Source: an uncultured Chloroflexia bacterium
Lineage (GTDB): Bacteria > Chloroflexota > Chloroflexia > QHBQ01 > JADMIH01
Assembly: GCA_963797095.1 (NCBI GenBank)
Contig: CAWCNY010000006.1
Location: 576,001-640,000, forward strand
Direction of reading: 5' to 3'
DNA length: 64,000 nucleotides
The notes beneath the pieces were generated by a model. The model searched no databases and was not told the origin of the DNA. It saw only the letters and a program-made list of their open reading frames with translations. Of this stretch, positions 20,371-29,299 are shown piece after piece. A program made the position numbers and the translations under genes. Numbering within the stretch: position 1 is the stretch's first letter; the number at the start of each line of letters is the position of its first letter.

Positions 20371-21753
20371 ATGATTCAAGACCTGGAAGAAGTGCAGGTA
20401 GAGCATGGTCTTGCGCCTGCGGAAGCGATCGTCACGGCTGAGGCAGGGGGCGCAGAGAAGCGGGTCACATTTATTGACGTGCTACGGGCCGCGGATTTCC
20501 GCAACCTGTGGCTGGGGCAGATCGTATCGCAGGTGGGCGATTATTTCGCGTTCCTGGCAATGACAGTCGTGGTTAGTGGGCTTTCCCAGGATGCGCAGGC
20601 TACCACCCTCGCCGTATCGGGGATGATGCTTTCGTTCACTTTGCCACGGCTGCTTCTTGGAATGCTGGCCGGGGTGTTCGTGGATAGGTGGGACCGCAGG
20701 CGCACGATGCTGGTGTCGGATATATCTAGGGCAGGGATTACATTGCTGCTGATCCCTGCTTTTATTAGCGGGAACCTGTGGTTCATATACGGGCTTGCTT
20801 TCATAATGTCGTCGATGGGGACGTTATTCAATCCCGCCAAGGGTGCGCTGATCCCCAGGTTGGTGCCGGACGAGCAGCTATTGGCCGCCAACTCGCTATC
20901 CCAGACCTCCCAGATGCTTGCTGTTCTGGGTGGGCCTGCGCTGGCAGGCTTAACGCTGAAGGTAGCGGGCACGGGGAACGAGTGGGTAGCGTTCATAGTG
21001 GACTCGGCGTCGTTTGTGATTTCGGCGTTCACGATATGGCTCATACGCACAAGTGGCCGTCCCACAGAAGTAGCACAACGTGCGCACAGCGGGCTTGAGC
21101 CTTTGCACTCTCAAGGCCCCGCGCTGGGGCAGGTGTGGCGGGAGTTGAAGGAGGGTTTGAGGACGCTGGTGGTAAGCAGGGTAATGGCCTCGCTGTCGAC
21201 TGTGTTCGCGATCACGATGCTTGGCGTAGGGGCGATCAATGTACTGTGGGTGGTGTTTCTGAAGACGCATTTTGGATTTGATGGGCCGGAGCTGGCCTGG
21301 CGGTTAAGCCTGCTAGATATTGCATTCGCGGCGGGGATGATAGTGTCCAGCGTGATCGCGGGCAACTTCTTCTCCAGCACATCGCCCAAGTGGTATATAG
21401 TGGTGAGCTTGATCGGGGCCGGGGTGCCGATAGTGATATTTGGATATGTGCCCAACTACTGGCTGGCTTTCATATTATCGGCGCTGATGGGGTTTTTTGT
21501 TGCTCCGATCGATACGGGGGTGACCACGTTTATGCAGATCGTAGTGCCAAACCGGCTGCTTGGGCGTGTTGGAGGTGGATTCACGACCGTGTCAGACACG
21601 GCAAGTGTGGCCTCTATGAGCCTGGCGGGGGTGGCGGGTGCTCTCCTGGGGATCCCCACTGTATTTGCCCTGGCCGGGGTACTGTGTATCGCTATGGGCA
21701 CCGCATCGTGGATGCTTTTGCCCGCTCTTACACTGAAAGATAAGGTGGAGTAA
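20371..21753 (+). CDS. MFS transporter (DHA3/MefA-like efflux family)
   Basis: FRNLWLGQIVSQVGD, GVFVDRWDRRRTM motif A, 12 TMs. Confidence 0.93.
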   Translation: MIQDLEEVQVEHGLAPAEAIVTAEAGGAEKRVTFIDVLRAADFRNLWLGQIVSQVGDYFAFLAMTVVVSGLSQDAQATTLAVSGMMLSFTLPRLLLGMLAGVFVDRWDRRRTMLVSDISRAGITLLLIPAFISGNLWFIYGLAFIMSSMGTLFNPAKGALIPRLVPDEQLLAANSLSQTSQMLAVLGGPALAGLTLKVAGTGNEWVAFIVDSASFVISAFTIWLIRTSGRPTEVAQRAHSGLEPLHSQGPALGQVWRELKEGLRTLVVSRVMASLSTVFAITMLGVGAINVLWVVFLKTHFGFDGPELAWRLSLLDIAFAAGMIVSSVIAGNFFSSTSPKWYIVVSLIGAGVPIVIFGYVPNYWLAFILSALMGFFVAPIDTGVTTFMQIVVPNRLLGRVGGGFTTVSDTASVASMSLAGVAGALLGIPTVFALAGVLCIAMGTASWMLLPALTLKDKVE

Positions 21754-21764
21754 GCTTCTCTGTC

Positions 21765-23195
21765 TCAGGGGGTGAGGCGTTTCAGGCTCTCAGTGAAGAG
21801 GGTGTCGCTGGGGTTAAGGGATGCGGCTTTTTGGAGGTCGGCAAGGGCCTCGGCATCGTGGTTGCCGGAGAGATAGTAAGCCCAGCCTTGCAGGAAATAG
21901 GCAGGAGCCAGGTCAGGCTCGGCTTCTAGCGCTAGAGTGGTGGTGCTGGTGATATAGGAAACGAGAGAGTCTGCGTTGCCTTCGGCGGGAGTGCCCTTGA
22001 TCAGGGGAGATTGATCGGAGCGGGACATAACCTGGTCAATAGGGAATGGGCGAAGCACGTTGACAGCAGCCGGATAATCACCGTAAAAGATGTTGGTCAG
22101 GAGTGGGTAGTTGCTTTCCCGCACATGCTCCCTGCGGGCGTCGGCATGCAGCTTGATCAACACGCGATTCCACTTGACGGTATTGTTGGTAGAGTCAAGC
22201 GCTGCTGCTTGTTCGATTTCGGTGAGCGCATCCTTCATCAGCTCATGCGTGAATAACTCAACGGCCCTGTTATTGAGCGTTTTCAGTTCGGTCGGAGTGT
22301 CCTCAGGTAGATCCTGGGCCTGAACCGAGGCCAACTCCTTTCCATCCCAGCGCAGCACGCTGAAATTGATCTTCCTGACCCCGCAGGCGTAGCAGAAGAC
22401 GTAATTGTCAGAGGCGTTCAGCACTACCTCACCTTTGCCGTCGCCGTCAAGGTCCTCGACAGTGCCCGCGCCAGGGCCGGAAGAGCAGCCCGATACTTCG
22501 TTGCTGAGGCGCTTACCGTCGAAGCTGATCAGGTCGAAGCAGCCACCGTGCGCGCCGATGCCGCTATCAACGGTGAGCCATGCGTGGGAAGGCTCTATAT
22601 CGGCCTGCATGATCGAGCTTGCGCTCATGTAGTCGGGGTTGTCAAGGGCGATACGGCTGACTTCCTCCCAGGTGTTGTTTTCGTGCTTGAAGGCTATCAC
22701 GAAATGTTGCTGGACGAGATTATCGAGCCTGCGGCTGCCGGTGCTGTATGCCAGCCAGTATTCGCCATTGATAGGCACACCGTGCAACCGTAATACGCTT
22801 ATGCCGTCTATACCGGCGAACGGGGATAGGCCATTGGCATCGGGTGTGGAGGTTGGATCGACGCCCGCGATGGCTGTGGCTTGCAGTTGCGCTACCATGG
22901 TGGCCGTGATAGCTTGGCCGGGGGGAACACTGGGGGTTGGTATCTTGATTGAACCTTGCACGGTCGCACTCGGCGTGGAAGGCGCAGAATCGACGGTGAG
23001 CGTGCTGGAAACCGGCTCACCGGAATTCCCGCCACCATCAGGGGGGCTGGTAATGGCAACCGGTGCAGGTGATGTAGCTGTGCTTTGCGGCAGAATAGGA
23101 GCGGGAGTAGGGCTAGGTGGCTGAACTGTGTTCGAATTGCACCCAGTAAGAGCGATAAATATAACGGCACAAAGCAACAGCCGAAGGTGTCTCAT
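21765..23195 (-). CDS. Lipoprotein with Cys-containing domain and C-terminal TPRs
   Basis: Lipobox LTGC, PT-rich linker, DLDGDG, CYAC, TPR-like helices. Confidence 0.75.
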   Translation of the reverse strand: MRHLRLLLCAVIFIALTGCNSNTVQPPSPTPAPILPQSTATSPAPVAITSPPDGGGNSGEPVSSTLTVDSAPSTPSATVQGSIKIPTPSVPPGQAITATMVAQLQATAIAGVDPTSTPDANGLSPFAGIDGISVLRLHGVPINGEYWLAYSTGSRRLDNLVQQHFVIAFKHENNTWEEVSRIALDNPDYMSASSIMQADIEPSHAWLTVDSGIGAHGGCFDLISFDGKRLSNEVSGCSSGPGAGTVEDLDGDGKGEVVLNASDNYVFCYACGVRKINFSVLRWDGKELASVQAQDLPEDTPTELKTLNNRAVELFTHELMKDALTEIEQAAALDSTNNTVKWNRVLIKLHADARREHVRESNYPLLTNIFYGDYPAAVNVLRPFPIDQVMSRSDQSPLIKGTPAEGNADSLVSYITSTTTLALEAEPDLAPAYFLQGWAYYLSGNHDAEALADLQKAASLNPSDTLFTESLKRLTP

Positions 23196-23355
23196 AAGGT
23201 AAATCTTCCTCTAGACGCACCTATAAGCAGGCGTAAATGGCAAGCGACACTGCAACTTGACTATTGTACACCAATTGTCCGCGTGCGGGTAGGGGAAAAT
23301 AGTCCCAACTGTGCTGAATCAGGCGCAAATACTCCCAATTCAGCAAGGAACCGGA

Positions 23356-24393
23356 TTACCGGCCAGGCAGGAAGGCAAGACCGTTGGGGCTGTTACCGAC
23401 CGGAATAGTACTTAACACCTTCTGAGATGTTGTGTCGATAACTGTCACCGTGTTGTCGTTGGTGTTGGTGACATAGAGCTTGCCGGACGGGGTCACTACG
23501 GTACCGTGGGTGCCCCGGCCCGCAGGGATGCGCGTAACGAGTGCCTTGGTATTGGGGTCGATGAGCCATATCTCAGCTGAGCCTGTGTTAGCTACCCACA
23601 ATTTACTAGTATCGCCGGAGCCATCTATTGAGAGCATAGCGGGCTGCTTACCGCTCCTGATATAGCCGGTCGTCTTGAAGGTGGTGAGATCAACAATGCC
23701 AATGGAATCGCCGAGGAAATTGCTGACGTAGGCTGTTTTGCTGTCGTTGCTGGCCACTACTTCGAAGGGATCCATGCCGGTCTTGATTGTGCTGGCGACC
23801 TGGAAATCGGGTTGCAAGGAGAAGACCGAGAGGGTGTTGTCGGCGGTGTTGGTGATCAGCAAGTAGGAGCCGTCCGGGGTGACGCGCACGCCGTGAGGGG
23901 TCTTACCGACGGGAACGGTGTTGAGCATCTTATGAGCTCCCACGTCTATGATTGCGACCGAATCGCTATTGCCGAGTGACACATAGAGGCGCTTGCCATC
24001 CGGGCTGAAGTTGAGATCGTCGTTGGGAGCCCCCACGTCTACTTTGGTCACTTCCTTGAGGGTGGTGGCGTCGAACACCTGGAGATAGCTCTCGCCGTAG
24101 AGAGTGACCCAGAACTCTTTGCCGTCGGGGGTGCCCTGCACATGATGAGGCTGCGAGTCGGTGCCGATTGCGGCGAAGGACTGGTCGGTGGCTACATCAA
24201 TGACACTGATGGTGTTAGCGGCCTGGTTGGCGATGAAGACGCGGCCCTGTGGCGAAGGTTGGGACTCGATGGCCGATTGGGCTGCTGAAGGCTCATCGTC
24301 GCCACAGGAAGCGAGAAGGATGGAGGAGATGATGAGAATAGCGATTATCAGGAGGTTGCGGGATTTTCTTTTCATAGGTTGTCCTTTGCTCAT
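23356..24393 (-). CDS. YncE/YVTN-family beta-propeller lipoprotein
   Basis: Lipobox LASC; YVSN/YVTN blades with IPVG..P motifs. Confidence 0.88.
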   Translation of the reverse strand: MSKGQPMKRKSRNLLIIAILIISSILLASCGDDEPSAAQSAIESQPSPQGRVFIANQAANTISVIDVATDQSFAAIGTDSQPHHVQGTPDGKEFWVTLYGESYLQVFDATTLKEVTKVDVGAPNDDLNFSPDGKRLYVSLGNSDSVAIIDVGAHKMLNTVPVGKTPHGVRVTPDGSYLLITNTADNTLSVFSLQPDFQVASTIKTGMDPFEVVASNDSKTAYVSNFLGDSIGIVDLTTFKTTGYIRSGKQPAMLSIDGSGDTSKLWVANTGSAEIWLIDPNTKALVTRIPAGRGTHGTVVTPSGKLYVTNTNDNTVTVIDTTSQKVLSTIPVGNSPNGLAFLPGR

Positions 24394-24402
24394 AATAATA
24401 GA

Positions 24403-25935
24403 TCAGGGTCCGCGCCATGCGAGGCCGCCGTGCGCTGTGCCGTCATGGACCCTGTTGGGCATCCCGACCGGATTACCGTTTGCATCTATCGAGAGAGTAT
24501 AGAGGCCGGTTGTGCCCATAAAAGCGATGGTAGAGTTGTCCATCCAGACGGGATAAGGTTGATCCTCGTCCATAGTTGTGAGGCGGGTGGGCTGGCCGCC
24601 TTCAGCAGAGACGAGGAAGAGGTCCCAGGGAAGACCGTGGCCAGAGGCTTGCCTGGGCGTGATGCCGAGCCATGAGAAGAGATCGAGATCGCCGCCGGGA
24701 TTGGGGTTGGGGGTAGGAGTATGGAAAGGTACAGTAGTAGGGAATGGGTCCTTGCCGATAGGCGGGACGTTGACGGCGGAGAACGCTACCCACTTACCGT
24801 TGGGCGAGGCGGCGGGCGCGTACATCAACTGGAACGTGTTTTCATCAACCAGCATGGTGCGGGTTTGGCCGTCTGCTTTGGCGCGCACCATGCGCTGCAA
24901 AGGAGCGATAAGCCCTTCAGAGTCGTCTGTGGAAGGCACGTATTCGAGAAAGACGGTATCTCCGGTTGTGCCCACCGAGGCAGGCATCTCTGACGAGGGC
25001 ATCCACTGCTCGCGCGCCCCGGTTGCCAATTCTACTCGTTGAATCTGCACGCTGGCGCCAAGAGACGCCGAGGTGGCGGTTATGGGCGCGGTGGCCGAGG
25101 TGTCCGAAGTGAAATAGAGGTACTTACCGTCGCCCGACCATGCGGGGTCGAGCAGCAACTCGCCGTTGGTGCTTCTGACCAGCGGCTGAGGTGTGCTGCC
25201 CGGAGTGATCGACCAGATTTCGGTAACGGGAAGTTCGCCATCGGCTGCGCGGGGCGAGTAGGTGAAGGCGATGCTGGAGCCGTCGGGCGACCACCTGGGC
25301 TTGTCGGCGTACTCGTAGAACTCGGGGAAGTAAGTGAGGCGGCGCTGGCGCGAGCCATCTGTAGAAAGGAGCCAGAGATTGGAGTCCACCGGGAAAACAT
25401 ATCCGCTCGTCAGGGGCGCTCCTGATTCGGGCACAGCTTCGAGAATAGGGTCGGGCAACTCTTTCGTTTCGTCGCGCTCCTTATTATAGAGGGCGGTTAT
25501 CTGCACGCGGGCGTGATACTTGCCGGGGTCGCTGGGAACCGAGCCTCGCCATTCCCACGCAGCTATATCGAAGGTCGGTTTCATAGCCAGAGGCTCCGAT
25601 TCGGTTGTGGACGTGCCGAATCGCGCCAGGGCGTTGTTCTCGTCCAGGATCTGGAGAGCCACGCCTGAGATGATTGTGTCCTGGGAGCCTGTGGACCAGG
25701 GGATGCGCACTGTTATCCGCAAAGGGGAGTTGACTACTCCCTTCGCTACACCATCCCCTCCCTCGGTGGAGTAAGAGATAGTGATGTTGTTAGGGTCGCC
25801 AGGTGGGTCGTCGGGCCATAGCCCGAGTGCGCGCGCTCCCAGGGTAAGCCCGATCAGGAGCACCAGCGCGGCGGCGATTATTATAGGTAATCGCCGTCGC
25901 CAGGGAGAAGGTTGAGGGGTATAGATGTGCGCCAT
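24403..25935 (-). CDS. Membrane-anchored TolB-like (PD40) beta-propeller protein
   Basis: N-terminal TM, WSPDGSSIAF, AWSGDGKYLYF, SPNGKWVAF; start taken at MAHIY (25935). Confidence 0.8.
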   Translation of the reverse strand: MAHIYTPQPSPWRRRLPIIIAAALVLLIGLTLGARALGLWPDDPPGDPNNITISYSTEGGDGVAKGVVNSPLRITVRIPWSTGSQDTIISGVALQILDENNALARFGTSTTESEPLAMKPTFDIAAWEWRGSVPSDPGKYHARVQITALYNKERDETKELPDPILEAVPESGAPLTSGYVFPVDSNLWLLSTDGSRQRRLTYFPEFYEYADKPRWSPDGSSIAFTYSPRAADGELPVTEIWSITPGSTPQPLVRSTNGELLLDPAWSGDGKYLYFTSDTSATAPITATSASLGASVQIQRVELATGAREQWMPSSEMPASVGTTGDTVFLEYVPSTDDSEGLIAPLQRMVRAKADGQTRTMLVDENTFQLMYAPAASPNGKWVAFSAVNVPPIGKDPFPTTVPFHTPTPNPNPGGDLDLFSWLGITPRQASGHGLPWDLFLVSAEGGQPTRLTTMDEDQPYPVWMDNSTIAFMGTTGLYTLSIDANGNPVGMPNRVHDGTAHGGLAWRGP

Positions 25936-25946
25936 ATTTTGGATAA

Positions 25947-26987
25947 TCAGGGTTTGCCTACCGCCAGGCCGTCGTATTGCTGTTGCGCCCAGGCAGCCAT
26001 GAACTTGTCCCACGGCACTTCGTATTCATACTGGCGGTTCCAGTTGGTGCTGGTGGGGCCGAGTACGTCACGGATGAGAGCGCCACGCCCGCTGTAGCCC
26101 ATCACAACGGCAGCGTGGTCGTTGCCCAGTACAGTTTCATACGTTTCGCCATCAGGCATGACCCACGTAACGGGTTTGCCCGGCTTGAAGTCGGCGGTGG
26201 TCTTGATCCAGACCAATTCACCGCGCCTGAGAGCGGCTTCGAGGTCTTCGCGAGTGTTGACCGCTGTCACATTCAGACCATAGTGCTCGAATATCTTGCG
26301 GATTACACGCCCTGTGGAGCGCGCCAGGAAGTTTTGTGTGTAATCGCCTGAGTAGTGGTTGAAAATATCACCGCCATAGACCACATAGCCGTCTGCCGTC
26401 TCCTCATAGGTAGGCTCCACGCTGGTGTCAAGGCCCACTATATCGATCTGGTCCTGGAGAGTGGCATCGATACCGTTGGTCTCGAGGACGACCCAGGCGG
26501 CATCGAACTCACATGTGTAGTGGTAGTATTGGTGCTCTTTGGTGGCAGCATCCACATATGCATCGTAGTATTTGCCGTTGACGGTTCGGCTGAAGTCCTG
26601 TTCCGGCTTTTGTGCTGCCTCGGCTGTGGGCGATGGAGGCTCTTCGGTAGGGGCAGGTGGCGGTACGGGAGTATCAGTTGGGGTTGGTATGGGGCCATCG
26701 GTAGGCGGGAGCGGGGTATCAGCCGGTGCTACTGGATCATCGGTTGGAAGCTCTTGCGTGGGAGGTGCGGAATCAGAAATCGGTGTTTCGGTGTCCGAGG
26801 CAACAGGTGCCAGCAACGCTTCGGCATTCACCGGTGTGGGTGAAGGGTCGCCGGCAAGGGAGGTTACTGCCTCTACCGGTTTGAGTATTTGCGCCAATGC
26901 GCTGCCGAAAAAGAGATAACCGAGGTAGATCCCTATCAGAACCAATATGGTCACGACGGCGAGTGCGAATCTTGGGTTGATAGCCAT
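25947..26987 (-). CDS. C39-like cysteine peptidase with N-terminal anchor and PT-rich linker
   Basis: Q...TCE catalytic Cys region, DHAAVVMGY His, IRD Asp. Confidence 0.8.
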   Translation of the reverse strand: MAINPRFALAVVTILVLIGIYLGYLFFGSALAQILKPVEAVTSLAGDPSPTPVNAEALLAPVASDTETPISDSAPPTQELPTDDPVAPADTPLPPTDGPIPTPTDTPVPPPAPTEEPPSPTAEAAQKPEQDFSRTVNGKYYDAYVDAATKEHQYYHYTCEFDAAWVVLETNGIDATLQDQIDIVGLDTSVEPTYEETADGYVVYGGDIFNHYSGDYTQNFLARSTGRVIRKIFEHYGLNVTAVNTREDLEAALRRGELVWIKTTADFKPGKPVTWVMPDGETYETVLGNDHAAVVMGYSGRGALIRDVLGPTSTNWNRQYEYEVPWDKFMAAWAQQQYDGLAVGKP

Positions 26988-27097
26988 ACTTAACTATACC
27001 GTAAATCGTGGGCAGGCGCGTAGTGGGGCGTGTTTAACTGCAAGTAGTGTCCGGCTGCCGGGCACTGATCTGTTCTCACAAAGGTTATAGGGGGCAA

Positions 27098-27129
27098 TAA
27101 ATAGGGGAGGGAAATGCCTCCTCTATTTT
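27098..27129 (-). terminator. Probable intrinsic terminator downstream of mobA
   Basis: taaataggggagg-gaaatg-cctcctctattt stem. Confidence 0.55.
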
Positions 27130-27155
27130 ACTCTATCCATTTAGCATCTATAAGG

Positions 27156-27812
27156 TTAATCTATCGGATTGGCCTGGTTCGATCCGGATCGGAAGTGTGC
27201 CCAGTCTTCCGGGGTGTTGATGTTGCGAAAGGAGAGGAGCATGGGGTCGCGCTTTCTTATTTCATTTTCCGAAAGGTAAAGGGTATTAAGAGCGCCGAGA
27301 AGATCGGACAGTTTGAACAGCCGTTCATTGATACGGCGCTCGATAGTGGGGATTGCTGTCTTTGAGTAAATGGTGTGCAAAGGCTCCACACGCTGCTCAC
27401 TGGAGGAATCGATCCATGCAGGGGTGAGAGCGTCATAGTCTGGAGGCAGGGAGGCCATGTAGGCCAGCAAAGAGGGGTTGAGGAAAGGCATATCGCAGGC
27501 TACTATCAGCACTCGGTCATACGGTGAGTGGCGCAGGGCGGTCAGAATGCCGCCAAGAGGCCCTGCGCCTGAGATGTCATCAGGGATCGCAGGGAGATCG
27601 AGGGTATTGTACGCATCGGGACTATTTGTAATGAGGAGAGGCGCGGCGAAGCCCGCTTTACCAAGTCGCGCAATTACGATCTCGATCAGCGTAGTGCTTT
27701 CTGGGCTGAGCCGTAGCAGGGCCTTGTTGTGACCTATACGCGCGCTTGCACCTCCTGCCAGGATAGCAGCGCATATTGACCACGAAGGACGAAGGAAACT
27801 CTGGATAGTCAT
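27156..27812 (-). CDS. mobA: Molybdenum cofactor guanylyltransferase
   Basis: ILAGGASARIG.NKALL, GPLGGI, ACDMPF, EPLH.IY, NINTPED. Confidence 0.92.
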   Translation of the reverse strand: MTIQSFLRPSWSICAAILAGGASARIGHNKALLRLSPESTTLIEIVIARLGKAGFAAPLLITNSPDAYNTLDLPAIPDDISGAGPLGGILTALRHSPYDRVLIVACDMPFLNPSLLAYMASLPPDYDALTPAWIDSSSEQRVEPLHTIYSKTAIPTIERRINERLFKLSDLLGALNTLYLSENEIRKRDPMLLSFRNINTPEDWAHFRSGSNQANPID

Positions 27813-27815
27813 CCC

Positions 27816-27863
27816 TCGTCCTTCGTCCTTCGTCTTTCGTCCTTCGTCTTTCGTCCTTCGTCC
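27816..27863. repeat. Heptamer tandem repeat (TCGTCCT/TCGTCTT)
   Basis: ~6 units, read directly. Confidence 0.8.
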
Positions 27864-27868
27864 ACCTA

Positions 27869-27897
27869 TTGACGCTCCTTCCCGTTGATTTTATAAT
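27869..27897 (+). promoter_or_regulatory. Sigma70 promoter for the FmdE-like/GNAT genes
   Basis: TTGACG-17 bp-TATAAT. Confidence 0.75.
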
Positions 27898-27915
27898 CCC
27901 GCAAGGGAGAGTGCA

Positions 27916-28530
27916 ATGGCTGATGTCGACGAGTTGGATGGAATAAGGGATTTGCTGAGGGCGACCGAGGCGTTGCACAACCATATTTGCCCGCGCCAGG
28001 TTATCGGGGTGCGAGTGGGGATGCTGGCTTCCCGGTTGTTTGGGATAGACTTGCCTCAGAAAGATAAGCGGTTGTTCGCATTCGTGGAGACAGACGGCTG
28101 CTTCACAGATGGGGTGGCAGTGGCGAGCGGGTGCAGGCTGGGCAGGCGCACAATGCGGTTGGTGGACTATGGGAAGGTGGCGGTCACGTTCGTTGATACG
28201 CGCAGTGGGAAAGCCGTGCGTGTGTGGCCCAACCCGTCAGCCAGAGAGCGGGCGTGGAAGTACGCACCGGACGCGCCCGATAGCTGGCATGCGCAACTGG
28301 AAGGGTATAAGCGAATGCCGACTTGCGAGTTGCTCCTTTTCGAGGAGGTACGCTTGCTGGTGCCAATAACTGAGGTCATCAGCCAACCGGGCCTGCGGGC
28401 TATATGCGCGGTGTGTGGCGAAGAGATACTGAACGGGAGGGAGGAAAGGAAGGAAGTCGAATACGGCGAAGGGCACGCGGGGCGGGTGCTGTGCAGGCAT
28501 TGTGCGCAGTTGGACAGATATTACGAGTAG
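27916..28530 (+). CDS. FmdE-family protein with C-terminal zinc finger
   Basis: H.HICP, ETDGCFTD, GCRLGRR, DYGK, CAVCGE...CRHC. Confidence 0.88.
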   Translation: MADVDELDGIRDLLRATEALHNHICPRQVIGVRVGMLASRLFGIDLPQKDKRLFAFVETDGCFTDGVAVASGCRLGRRTMRLVDYGKVAVTFVDTRSGKAVRVWPNPSARERAWKYAPDAPDSWHAQLEGYKRMPTCELLLFEEVRLLVPITEVISQPGLRAICAVCGEEILNGREERKEVEYGEGHAGRVLCRHCAQLDRYYE

Positions 28531-28533
28531 ACT

Positions 28534-29142
28534 TTGAGTAGTGACAGAGAATTGCTGGAGATAGGGGCATTCGAGGCGCACCATCTCGTGTCTGACAGGT
28601 GGGCTGACCTGGAGAACCTGTTTGGGAAGAGCGGCGCATATTCCGGCTGCTGGTGCATGTGGTGGCGATTTACTGGGCCAGACTGGAGTGCACACAGGGG
28701 CGAAGGGAACAAGGAGGCTTTTCACGAGGTAGTGAACTCAGGTGAGGTGCCGGGCATATTGGGATACCTGGATGGGGAGCCTGCCGGTTGGTGCGCCATC
28801 GCGCCGAGGAACGCGTATAAGAGACTGAGAGAGGAGAGGGTCAGGATATTCAAGAAGGTGGACGATCAATCTATGTGGACTATCACCTGTTTCTATATAG
28901 GGAGGTCTTACAGGCACAAAGGTCTGATGTTAAGTCTGTTGAACGCTGCGGTTGAATACGCGAAGTCGCAGGGGGCGAGTATTATCGAAGGGTACCCTTT
29001 GGATACGGAAGGCGAGAAGAAGGCGGCGGCTTCGGCATATACAGGACTGATGTCTACATTCGTGAAGGCGGGGTTCGTAGAGGTGATGAGGCGGCACGAA
29101 GGACGACCAATCATGCGGTATTTCGTGACGAGTGACGAGTGA
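28534..29142 (+). CDS. GNAT family N-acetyltransferase
   Basis: GCWCMWWR, GWCAIAPR, YRHKG, IEGYP motifs. Confidence 0.88.
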   Translation: MSSDRELLEIGAFEAHHLVSDRWADLENLFGKSGAYSGCWCMWWRFTGPDWSAHRGEGNKEAFHEVVNSGEVPGILGYLDGEPAGWCAIAPRNAYKRLREERVRIFKKVDDQSMWTITCFYIGRSYRHKGLMLSLLNAAVEYAKSQGASIIEGYPLDTEGEKKAAASAYTGLMSTFVKAGFVEVMRRHEGRPIMRYFVTSDE

Positions 29143-29299
29143 CATTACGTGTAGTAATCAGAACTCGATCTATCGGACAGCGCCGGAGGAACTAACACTC
29201 ATCTGACAGATGAGATCAAACAGGGAGCCAGGTCGAGTTCTTCCTCTTGCAGTTTACACGAGTTCGGTTGGCCCTCGATCTTGCACAGATGCAATCGAT

